Positions 1 through 7,669 of a stretch of DNA of 25,856 bases are shown here, in pieces. The DNA is from a virus (lineage: Duplodnaviria; Caudoviricetes). Location of the stretch: positions 1-25,856 of the IMG/VR virus record IMGVR_UViG_3300048803_000001; one strand, given 5' to 3'. The translations under genes and the position numbers were made by a program. The notes below the pieces were generated by a model. The model searched no databases. It was not told the origin of the DNA and saw nothing but the letters and a program-made list of their open reading frames with translations. Positions within the stretch are counted from its first letter, which is position 1. Each line of letters opens with the position of its first letter.

Positions 1-486
1 ATCCACGTTCACGAAGCCACGCCCCTGCGCGATCGCGCCTGACGTGGGAGTGAGTGCGCCGCTGGAAACGTCCACGCGCGGGCCGACCCAGTAGGGCGCG
101 GTCCGCATGTTGAGCGTGACGGTGAGCATCCCCGCTTCGGCCTTCATGCCCGACAGCTCGGACGTGTCCGATATCGGGGTACAGGCCCGCAGGGTGGTCT
201 CCAGTATCACGTCGCCGCCCCGGGGCGTGTAGAAGACGGTGACGCCCTTGCGCAAGCGCTGGTACAGGTACGTGCGCCCTTCGTTGGCGGTCGGGCCGTC
301 AGCCGCGACGATGCGCACGGTGGCCGTGCGGGTGGCGTCGCCGTGCAGGTCGTTGTCCCACGTGCGCGGGTTGTCGTCCATCGCCTCCGACAGCAGCGGT
401 GCCTCGGGCGCGTCGAATCTCTCCAGGCTGAACGTGCAGCCCGCAGCGGTGCCGCCGTCTACGTCGAGTCCGTCGATCTGGAGCAT
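1..486 (-). CDS. Putative distal tail (Dit-like) / minor tail protein, truncated by the window edge
   Basis: Not in the ORF track; translated by hand. ATG at 486 directly after the tape measure stop, GGGGAGA upstream. Reads MLQIDGLDVDGG...TVTLNMRTAPYWVGPRVD and stays open to base 1. Position after TMP and the TVTL..PYW.G pattern fit siphophage Dit. Confidence 0.65.
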   Translation of the reverse strand, partial: MLQIDGLDVDGGTAAGCTFSLERFDAPEAPLLSEAMDDNPRTWDNDLHGDATRTATVRIVAADGPTANEGRTYLYQRLRKGVTVFYTPRGGDVILETTLRACTPISDTSELSGMKAEAGMLTVTLNMRTAPYWVGPRVDVSSGALTPTSGAIAQGRGFVNVD

Positions 487-487
487 G

Positions 488-2473
488 TTATCTCCCCGGT
501 GCCAGAGTCATGGACGCGGACCCGACGACTTGCCGCAACGCGCTTCCCACGGCAGCCGCGATGCGCGACTCGTCCGCGAAGCTGTCCGCGTTGACGTGGA
601 TGGTGATAGGAGCACCCGCAGCAACCGCCGCCGAGTAGCCGCCTGAAGCGCGCGACACCATCGTCGCGCCGAGCCCAGCAGCGGCCTCGGCGAGACGGGC
701 AAGGTTCGCGGCGCGGTAGCGAGGATCCTGCGAGATCACGTCCTCGCGGTAGCCGCCCTCGCCGACGAGTGCGAGCGTGGGGGAGAGCACGGTGGCTCCA
801 GATGCCATTCCCCGGAGCATGGTGGGGTTGGCGTTAGATGATGCGATGTTGTACGTGCGGTAGGTGGTCGTGAACGTGACCGACTTGTCCTCGGCCGGAC
901 GGCTGTTCCACGCGCCGAGTGCGCCGTACGCATCCCATATCTGGCGCTCGGCCGTGGGGAAGGTGGTGGGCGCGGCCTTGTTCGGTACGGGGGTGCCGGT
1001 GTAGGTCTTGACCGCATCGGTGGCGTGGACTACCTGCTCTTTCAGCAGCGGGAAGTCGCTCGTGACCTTTTTGTGCGGGATAGGCTGCGCGTTGGAATCG
1101 CCCGTGGCCTGCATGGACTTGAGCACGTCTTCGCGCAGCGTCTTGTACGATCCCGCGTGCGCGTTGGTCGCGTCGGTGGCGAGCTTCTTCTTGCTTGCCG
1201 CGATCTCGTCGGCGCGGGTAGCCTCCATCTGCGCGACCTTGACCTCTTGGGTCATGATGCGCAGCTCTGAGGCGGTCTTCGTGCCTTCCTTCTTCGCCTC
1301 GTTCAGCGCCTTGGTCTTGTCGATTATCGCCTGGTGCGCTTCCATCGCGCGCAGGTCGGCTTGAGCCGAGTTCATGTTGAGGCTGCCGAGGGTGCGGGTC
1401 GAAGCGATGAGGTCGTCGGTGGCGGCCTTCAGGTCCTTCGTGGTGAACGTCAGGTCCTTGTTCGCGCCGGTGAGGTCTTTCGCGCTGTCCTTGGTCTTCG
1501 CTGTCTCGCCGGTTATCAGAGCCAGCGTCTTACCCCACCACGCGCCTGCGGTTATGGAGTTTCCAAACTCATCGCGTGCGACCTTGAGGCTCGACTCCCA
1601 CTCAAGTACCCCCGCGGTCACGCCGATGAGCCCGCCCGCAAGCGCGCCCATCGGACCGAGAGCCGAACCTCCGTAACCTGCAAGCTGCTCAACGGCCAAT
1701 GCGCCGTCCTGTATCGGGGCCGGAAGCTTTACCGCGACGTCGAGCAGTTTGCTCTGCACCTCGGTCAGTCGGCTTTCAGCCGGCAGGAGTCGCTCGCCGA
1801 TCGTGGTCTGCAGCGCGCTCATCTTGTTGTTGAGCGCCTCGGTCTTGCCCTCGGCCGTGGCGAGGAATGCTGCGTCAGACCCCTTGACCTTGTCCATCAT
1901 CTGGGCCAGGTATCCCGCAGCCGTCCCGCCCTTTTCGGTCGTGATGCCGTACTGCTTGAGGATCTTCGTGTTGCCGTTCATGACCAGGCCGACTTGCTTG
2001 GCCGCGTCGGCGGCGCTCATCTCTACACCGCGGAGCTTCTGGAAGTCCACGATGTTGGCTACCAGCGGCAGCAGTTCCATCGACTTCTTGAGGTCGCCGG
2101 TCTTCGTGACCAGCTCCGTCAACCCGTCGCGCAGAGCGCCCTTGGATATGGCCGAGGTATCAGACAGCCCTTTGAGCGTGGCGTCGATCGCGGGCTTGGC
2201 GTCGGCGAAGCTCGCGCCGCTGTTGTCCACGGCAACGCGCAGCCCGGCCCATGCAGCCTCGGCTCCTTTAGCCTTCTCCGCGCCCTCAGCCACCCACGCA
2301 GCCACGCCGATGCTCGCGAGCCCCGAAGCGGCACGCCCGAGCAGGCCCATCGCGGTAGACGTTCCCCCGAGAGCCGTATTCGCATCCGACGAACCCTTGG
2401 CTACGTCGCTGAGTGCCGTCTGAGCGCCCTTGGCGTCGCCCGCGATGATGAGCTTCAACGTCTGGTCTGCCAT
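488..2473 (-). CDS. Tail tape measure protein (661 aa)
   Basis: Ala/Gly/Lys-rich helical sequence; N-terminus MADQTLKLIIAGDAKGA; C-terminal GMASGATVLSPTLALVGEGG and ITIHVNA motifs typical of TMPs; follows the chaperone gene; GAGGA upstream. Confidence 0.92.
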   Translation of the reverse strand: MADQTLKLIIAGDAKGAQTALSDVAKGSSDANTALGGTSTAMGLLGRAASGLASIGVAAWVAEGAEKAKGAEAAWAGLRVAVDNSGASFADAKPAIDATLKGLSDTSAISKGALRDGLTELVTKTGDLKKSMELLPLVANIVDFQKLRGVEMSAADAAKQVGLVMNGNTKILKQYGITTEKGGTAAGYLAQMMDKVKGSDAAFLATAEGKTEALNNKMSALQTTIGERLLPAESRLTEVQSKLLDVAVKLPAPIQDGALAVEQLAGYGGSALGPMGALAGGLIGVTAGVLEWESSLKVARDEFGNSITAGAWWGKTLALITGETAKTKDSAKDLTGANKDLTFTTKDLKAATDDLIASTRTLGSLNMNSAQADLRAMEAHQAIIDKTKALNEAKKEGTKTASELRIMTQEVKVAQMEATRADEIAASKKKLATDATNAHAGSYKTLREDVLKSMQATGDSNAQPIPHKKVTSDFPLLKEQVVHATDAVKTYTGTPVPNKAAPTTFPTAERQIWDAYGALGAWNSRPAEDKSVTFTTTYRTYNIASSNANPTMLRGMASGATVLSPTLALVGEGGYREDVISQDPRYRAANLARLAEAAAGLGATMVSRASGGYSAAVAAGAPITIHVNADSFADESRIAAAVGSALRQVVGSASMTLAPGR

Positions 2474-2482
2474 GTCACGTCC

Positions 2483-2645
2483 TCACTCAGGGTCGGGCAG
2501 CAGCGAGTCGTACTGCACGAGCAGCAGGTCCACGTCGGCAGGTGGCATCCGGTACAGATCGAGGAACGTCATGCCCGCGTTCGAGAGCGCAAGGGCCGCA
2601 CTCAGCGCTTTGCGCTGCCACGGGCGCGGCCCTTCGTAGGGGGGG
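2483..2645 (-). CDS. Predicted -1 frameshift extension of the tail assembly chaperone (G-T-type fusion, about 179 aa in total)
   Basis: The -1 frame reads PPYEGPRPWQRKALSAALALSNAGMTFLDLYRMPPADVDLLLVQYDSLLPDPE* and stops 9 nt before the TMP start. Slippery C-CCC-CCT heptamer lies within 2638-2645. Confidence 0.7.
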
Positions 2646-3021
2646 CGGGTGTGCCCTTCCTCTCGGACGGCAAGAGCGCATGAAGCGCGTCAGCCACGAG
2701 ATCACGGACTGCGGCGTCGATGTTGGCCGTCGAGTCGCGCTCCATCGGCCAGATGCGCAAGACCTCCTGGTACGTCCACACCCGATCGGGTATCCCGCGC
2801 TGGTGCGGCTCGCAGTCGGTGAGCATCGCGGCCAGCACGATGGCCAGCCAGCGGTCGGTAGGCATGGCCTCCTGGACGACCTTCTGCTCAGGGGTGACGT
2901 TCACGAAGTAGACGTGGTCGTCGGTCATGAGGTCGAAGGCGTACTGCGAAGGCGTGTTCAGCCAGTACTCGCGCGGCTCGCGCGTGTCGGGGTCGAGCAG
3001 GGTGATGGCGATGCGCTTCAT
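2602..3021 (-). CDS. Tail assembly chaperone (139 aa)
   Basis: Lies between major tail and tape measure genes; strong RBS AGGAGG; basic C-terminal tail following a slippery site. Confidence 0.8.
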   Translation of the reverse strand: MKRIAITLLDPDTREPREYWLNTPSQYAFDLMTDDHVYFVNVTPEQKVVQEAMPTDRWLAIVLAAMLTDCEPHQRGIPDRVWTYQEVLRIWPMERDSTANIDAAVRDLVADALHALLPSERKGTPAPPTKGRARGSAKR

Positions 3022-3041
3022 GTGTTCCTCCTGTTGAGGTA

Positions 3042-3093
3042 GGCGGACACGGGACCGGAAGGGGAGGAACAGTCCCCCGGCCCCGAGTCCGCC
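3042..3093 (-). terminator. Long GC-rich hairpin after the major tail gene (attenuator or mRNA-stabilising stem)
   Basis: Minus strand GGCGGAC-T-CGGGGCCGG...CCGGTCCCG-T-GTCCGCC, about 16 bp plus an inner GGGA/TCCC stem; no U-tract. Confidence 0.5.
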
Positions 3094-3104
3094 ACGTTGC
3101 GGGG

Positions 3105-3935
3105 TTAGGCGACGGTGGTGAAGCTCTTCTCGTAGCCGAGCGGGTTCGGCACGCCGTAGCCGGACTTGAGCCCCGGCACTATGACGACGCGGTACTTCGT
3201 GGTCCCGGACAGCGCCGAGACGGGGACCAGGCTCACGACGGCGCCCGCCTGCGAGATCGTGCAGGGGACGAACGTCGAGTCCGAGTCCTTGAGCATGAAG
3301 ATGTGGTCGGTCGTCACGTCGGCGGCGTCGAGCGCCACGGCGAACGTGATGGCGATGCCCGCCGTCTTGGACGCGGAGGTGCTACCCGAAGCCGGGTTGC
3401 AGCTGGCGAACGTCGGCGCGGTGGTGACGGCCGGGTTCGGCAGGTACTGGAAGACGCCGTTGATCGCGGTCTGGAAGAGCGCCGAGCCCTTGCACTGCCA
3501 CGTCTGCTGCTTCATGGTCGGCGCGATCTCGCCGTCCGTCTTGAAGGTCATGGCGGGAATGGACATCTTCTTGGCCTGACCGTCGGCCTTCAGCCCGTAC
3601 ACGAAGACCTGGTACTTCGTCTTCAGCCCGCCACCGCCGGTGCCCGCCGTCATCGTGTCGTCGGTGGTGGTGGTGGTGGAGAGCGTGCCGGCGAACGCGC
3701 GCGCCAGGTTGGCGAGCGTGATCTGGTCTCCCTCGATCTCGATGTCGGCGCCGTAGCCGTACTCGTACTCGTCGACGACGGCGAAGTTGGCCGCCGCGCT
3801 CGTGATCGGCTCGGTCTTGGCGCTCGGCTTGACCGTGAACTTCACGATGCCGCCGACGCTCACACATGCTGCCTCGGCGGCGCCGAACGCGCCAACCTTT
3901 ACGTCTGTGACAGGTCCAAGAACCTCGTATCCCAT
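3105..3935 (-). CDS. Major tail (tube) protein with C-terminal Ig-like (Big_5/SbsA-like) domain (276 aa)
   Basis: Synteny; RBS AGGAGG; beta-rich N-domain. The last ~105 aa (APTFASCNPASGSTS...IAITF...LVPVSALSGTTKYRVVIVPGLKS..G...SFTT) match the Big_5-type pattern. Confidence 0.85.
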   Translation of the reverse strand: MGYEVLGPVTDVKVGAFGAAEAACVSVGGIVKFTVKPSAKTEPITSAAANFAVVDEYEYGYGADIEIEGDQITLANLARAFAGTLSTTTTTDDTMTAGTGGGGLKTKYQVFVYGLKADGQAKKMSIPAMTFKTDGEIAPTMKQQTWQCKGSALFQTAINGVFQYLPNPAVTTAPTFASCNPASGSTSASKTAGIAITFAVALDAADVTTDHIFMLKDSDSTFVPCTISQAGAVVSLVPVSALSGTTKYRVVIVPGLKSGYGVPNPLGYEKSFTTVA

Positions 3936-3971
3936 GATGTCTACCTCCTGATGGTTTCTTGCATGACGACG

Positions 3972-3997
3972 AGAGCCTGTCCCGGCGGGAAGGCCCT
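3972..3997 (-). promoter_or_regulatory. Stem-loop in the leader of the major tail gene
   Basis: AGGGCCT-TCCC-GCC-GGGA-C-AGGCTCT on the minus strand, inside an 86-bp intergenic gap. Confidence 0.35.
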
Positions 3998-4021
3998 GAG
4001 AGAAGGGGGGGAACTAGCGGT

Positions 4022-4471
4022 CTAGGCGGACTCTACGAGTTCGTGGACCACGCGGACTGCCACGCCTTGCACGAAGGTGGCATCATCCCGAAACGGCGGA
4101 GTCGCCCCGGCGAACGTGACGTTGATGGCCTTGTAGGGACCGGCGAAGCACGCGACCAGGGCGGTCAGGTAGCCGGTCCACAGCGCGCGCATTCCCGCAG
4201 GGTCGGCGGTCCGAAACGAGATCGTCACCAGCCCTTCGAGAACGGTATCGGTGGATGCCCCCGCGTGCTCGACAGGCCCGCTCACCTCCGCGATCTCGAC
4301 GCAGGGCCAGATGTAGGTGACGCGCGGGGAGTCGTAGATGGCGAGCCCGGAAGCGGTGGACGGGTCGGGAGCTATCGGCGGCAGACCAGCGGCCGCAAGA
4401 AGCGCGGGAAGGTTCTCGGTGACTGCGTCGACGCGCGCGGTGATGGTGGCCTCGGCGGCGTTCCATGTCAC
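4022..4471 (-). CDS. Putative tail terminator / tail completion protein (149 aa)
   Basis: GTG at 4471 overlaps the upstream stop (GTGA); size and position just before the tube gene. The call rests mostly on synteny. Confidence 0.6.
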   Translation of the reverse strand: MTWNAAEATITARVDAVTENLPALLAAAGLPPIAPDPSTASGLAIYDSPRVTYIWPCVEIAEVSGPVEHAGASTDTVLEGLVTISFRTADPAGMRALWTGYLTALVACFAGPYKAINVTFAGATPPFRDDATFVQGVAVRVVHELVESA

Positions 4472-4950
4472 TGCTCCCACTCCTTCCGAACGGCGTTGCC
4501 CCACTCGGCAAGCGCGCGGCCGAACAGCGACTTCTCCTGCTCTTCGCCGACGTCTATCGCCTTGCGGCCCTTGGCCCAGTGGTAGCCCGCGAGCCGGGTG
4601 GTCCCGACTTCCAGCGTGGTAGCGGTGGCTTTGAGTATCGAATCCCCGGTCTTGCCCACGAGACTCGCCCGCATGGCCCCGGTGGCGACGAGGATCCCCG
4701 CGCCGGGAAACATGGACGCCTTGCGCGTGCGGTAGGGCTCGGACAGCTCATCCCACGCCCCGGCGCGTCCGGTCGAGCCCTGCTTCTCGAACAGCTCACG
4801 CTCCGACTCGTGGAATGCCGTGGCGAAGCGGTCCCACAGAGACAGGCCGCCGACGGGCTGGTCCAGCGCCATAGCCCGGCTCACGCGCGTGATGGCGAGC
4901 TTGACCTGCTCCTCGCCCTGGACGGTGATGCTGAGGGGCGCGGTGGTCAC
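4468..4950 (-). CDS. Virion morphogenesis / neck protein (Mu gpG-like, 160 aa)
   Basis: GTG at 4950 (GTGA overlap). Motif F..QG...AWDELSEPY..RK...PG.GILVATGAMRASL is characteristic of this family. Confidence 0.8.
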   Translation of the reverse strand: MTTAPLSITVQGEEQVKLAITRVSRAMALDQPVGGLSLWDRFATAFHESERELFEKQGSTGRAGAWDELSEPYRTRKASMFPGAGILVATGAMRASLVGKTGDSILKATATTLEVGTTRLAGYHWAKGRKAIDVGEEQEKSLFGRALAEWGNAVRKEWEQ

Positions 4951-5420
4951 GAGTCGGCCCCGTATGCGCCGATGAACTCCTCGAGCGCCGCATCCACGAA
5001 CGTGGACGGAGCGTTGGCGATACCCGCGTTTCCGCCCGTGCGAGGGCCTATCTTCGCGCGTCCCGACACCATCGGGGCTAGGATGCGCTCGGCCTGTTCG
5101 CGCCACACGGACGCGACGCCTACCCGCTCAGGCGTGGGATTCAGCGAGATGATGAGGCGCTCCAGCAGCGAGGCCGCCACGAGTAGGTTCTCGGCGTCGG
5201 CGAGCAGTTCCAGCGCGCCTGCGTCGGCGATCGGCAGGGTGTAGCCCGCGGTGTCGAGCCGGGAGTTGATGGAGCGGTACTGAGCGGCCGCACACTCTGC
5301 GGCTTCGTCCGTCGACGGCTTCGAGGTTGGCGTGATCGTGAGCATCGTCAGGTAGCGTTGGACGCCCGCCAACGAGCCGTAGGTCGCACCGTCCAACTCC
5401 GTCTGCTCAGGGAAGGTCAT
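4947..5420 (-). CDS. Head-tail adaptor (Mu gp36/DUF1320-like, 157 aa)
   Basis: True start is the ATG at 5420 (ATGA overlap, GGAGGTG upstream). TYGSLAGVQRY...INSRL..AGYTLPI...W...AERIL..MVSG pattern. Confidence 0.75.
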   Translation of the reverse strand: MTFPEQTELDGATYGSLAGVQRYLTMLTITPTSKPSTDEAAECAAAQYRSINSRLDTAGYTLPIADAGALELLADAENLLVAASLLERLIISLNPTPERVGVASVWREQAERILAPMVSGRAKIGPRTGGNAGIANAPSTFVDAALEEFIGAYGADS

Positions 5421-7207
5421 ACCGTCACCTCCTGCGTCACGGTCGCGTGCTTGCGCAGCCTCGCCACGATCCTGTAGGTCGCGTTCTCGGGCAGGTCCAT
5501 GTGCCACGTGCCGTTGGCCGCTGCTGTCACGGGGTCGGTCACGGGATCGGAGTAGTCGGTGTCGAACACCAGATAGGCGTCGATGACCGTGCCCGGTAGC
5601 AGCGTGCCGAGCGTGGCGTCTGAGATGCGGACGTAGCCGACGGGCGTCTCGCCGCCGCCGCCCGTCCCCCCATGCGTCAGGTTCGTCGTCGTGTCCACGA
5701 GCATCACACGTGCGACCGGCGTCGTGCCGTCCACGATGTCTTCGATGGCTCCGGTGACGGCGCTCAAGTCCGGCGTCCCGGCGTTGGAGGTCTGCACCTG
5801 CCCGCTCGTGTTCGTCACCAGCTTGTTGGAGGGCGTGGAGAGGATGGCGGCAGCGACGTCGGCCGTGCTGGGAGCGGCGGCAGGTGGAGCGGCGTAGACG
5901 AGCGTGGTCACGAAGTCGACGAGACGCTTGCCTATCGAGCCAGCCGTGGTCTGTGCCGACGTTAGGGCGTTCCACACGGCCAACTGGACGCCTGAGTTTC
6001 CCGCAGTAGACAGCGCATAGCCGGTCTTGTCAGCGTTGTTGAGCGTCTTCGCATCGACTTGGTTGGCCGTCGAGAACGCCAGCTGGTCGGTCTTTGCCTG
6101 TATGGCTGCCGCCTGCCCGCTCGTTGCAAGGCCCGCCGTACTCACGGTGGCGTTGGCATCCACGCGGCCGGAGGTGAAGGCGAGCTGGTCGGTCTTTGCC
6201 TGAACCGTAGCGACCTGCCCGCTGGTGGCGAGTCCGGCGACGCTCGGCGGGGCGGTGTACCCGCTCGTAGGCAGACGCGTGGCGATCAGCGCTTCCGTGC
6301 GTTGCAGTTCGGTGTTGACGAAGCCGCTGGTAGCCAGCCCAGACGTGTCTACGGGAGCGTTCGCATCCACGCGCCCGCTGGTGAACGCCAGCTGGTCGGT
6401 CTTGGCTTGGACGGCTGCGACCTGCCCGCTGGTGGCGAGTGCGGCCACAGATGGCGGAGCGGCGTAGACGAGGGTGGTGACGAAGTCCATGAACCGCTTG
6501 CCCGCACTACCGGCCGTGGTGAGCGCAGACGTAGCCCTGTCCCACACCGCAGCAGCGATGCTCGTGTTCCCGGCCGTTGACAGGGCGTACCCCGTCTTGT
6601 CCGAGTTGTTGAGGGTCTTGGCGTCCACCTGGTTCGCCGTGGAGAACGCCAGCTGGTCGGTCTTGGCTTTGATGGTGGCGTTGTGCCCACCGGATGCGTC
6701 TACGGCGGCCAGTATTGCGTCGCTCGTGGTCTGCGCGACGGCGCTCGCCAGCTTGGTCGAGTTGGAATCCATTTCCGCACGCACGTCGGCGGCAGAAGCG
6801 CCGGATCCTGCGTTGGTGGACGTGACGTACCCCGACGCAGACGTGAGCAGTTTGTTGGCCGGGGTCGTCAGTATCCCGGCGGCTACGGCAGAGACGGACG
6901 GCGGTGCGCCGAATCCCTCGATGGTGGCGGCGTGGACGTGGACGGCCGCGACGTCGGCCACCAGCGCGGGCAGGTCTGCCGGGAACGTCTCCGTGGCGAC
7001 CTTCGCTGTGCCGTTGATGTCCCAGAGCACGGTGAGGCCCGCGAGCGTCGCGTCGGCGACCTGCACGCCGTACATGCCCGACGACGATTGCAGCTCGGTT
7101 ATGCCCGTGGTCCGGCGGCTCTGCGCCACGCTCTTGTCCGGGCTGAGCAGCGTGTAGTAGACGCTCGCGCCCGTGTTCGCGGTCCCGAAGTTGGCGGTGA
7201 TGAGCAC
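5417..7207 (-). CDS. Large Ala/Thr-rich modular repeat virion protein, probable fibre/whisker (596 aa)
   Basis: RBS AGGAGG 5 nt before GTG; four AKTDQLAF repeats, two VW..T..TTAGS.GKR modules; beta-rich N- and C-terminal domains. Confidence 0.75.
   Translation of the reverse strand: MLITANFGTANTGASVYYTLLSPDKSVAQSRRTTGITELQSSSGMYGVQVADATLAGLTVLWDINGTAKVATETFPADLPALVADVAAVHVHAATIEGFGAPPSVSAVAAGILTTPANKLLTSASGYVTSTNAGSGASAADVRAEMDSNSTKLASAVAQTTSDAILAAVDASGGHNATIKAKTDQLAFSTANQVDAKTLNNSDKTGYALSTAGNTSIAAAVWDRATSALTTAGSAGKRFMDFVTTLVYAAPPSVAALATSGQVAAVQAKTDQLAFTSGRVDANAPVDTSGLATSGFVNTELQRTEALIATRLPTSGYTAPPSVAGLATSGQVATVQAKTDQLAFTSGRVDANATVSTAGLATSGQAAAIQAKTDQLAFSTANQVDAKTLNNADKTGYALSTAGNSGVQLAVWNALTSAQTTAGSIGKRLVDFVTTLVYAAPPAAAPSTADVAAAILSTPSNKLVTNTSGQVQTSNAGTPDLSAVTGAIEDIVDGTTPVARVMLVDTTTNLTHGGTGGGGETPVGYVRISDATLGTLLPGTVIDAYLVFDTDYSDPVTDPVTAAANGTWHMDLPENATYRIVARLRKHATVTQEVTV
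5778..6907 (-). repeat. Intragenic duplicated modules in the order A-B-C-C-B-A
   Basis: A ~6806-6907 and ~5778-5876; B ~6452-6673 and ~5883-6103; C ~6357-6451 and ~6149-6244. Similarity is visible in both protein and DNA. Confidence 0.85.
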
Positions 7208-7216
7208 GATGGCCTC

Positions 7217-7405
7217 CTAGACCAGTCGCTTGAGGACTTTGAGCATTCCGAGCTGGACGGTGGCGAGCTTCTTGATCGCCGTGTTGCATTGGGCCACGGT
7301 CGTGGAGTTGGTGTCGCGGACGCTGGTGAGCGTCGTGACAGCAGCCGCGTAGCTGTCCTTGAGGTCTTTGACCTCGGCTGCGGTGACGATAGGTACGACG
7401 GCCAT
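7217..7405 (-). CDS. Small helical hypothetical protein (62 aa), possible fibre partner
   Basis: RBS GAGGAG; amphipathic helical sequence; tightly packed between neighbours. Confidence 0.7.
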   Translation of the reverse strand: MAVVPIVTAAEVKDLKDSYAAAVTTLTSVRDTNSTTVAQCNTAIKKLATVQLGMLKVLKRLV

Positions 7406-7408
7406 GTG

Positions 7409-7666
7409 CTACTCCTCGCTCGGCGGTGTCGGCGGGACGTATGGCACCTCGGCCGGCGGCGTCCAGCCGTCCACGGTGTTGAGCGCCCCGGCGACGATGG
7501 TGTACTTGCCACGGTCCCACCAGCGCGACACGTCCACGCAGGTCGCGTTGTTCTCGGCCTCGTCGATCTCGATGGACAGCGCCGGGAGCTTGGCAGCGTC
7601 CACCTTCGCGTAGGCGTCGGCCCACACGACTCCGAGGATGGCGCTTCCGTTGTGGTAGATGCGCAT
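7409..7666 (-). CDS. Small hypothetical protein (85 aa), possible fibre assembly chaperone
   Basis: Starts 3 nt after the fibre stop with GGGAG upstream. Size, position and Pro-rich acidic tail resemble the small genes that follow tail fibres. Confidence 0.7.
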   Translation of the reverse strand: MRIYHNGSAILGVVWADAYAKVDAAKLPALSIEIDEAENNATCVDVSRWWDRGKYTIVAGALNTVDGWTPPAEVPYVPPTPPSEE

Positions 7667-7669
7667 GGT

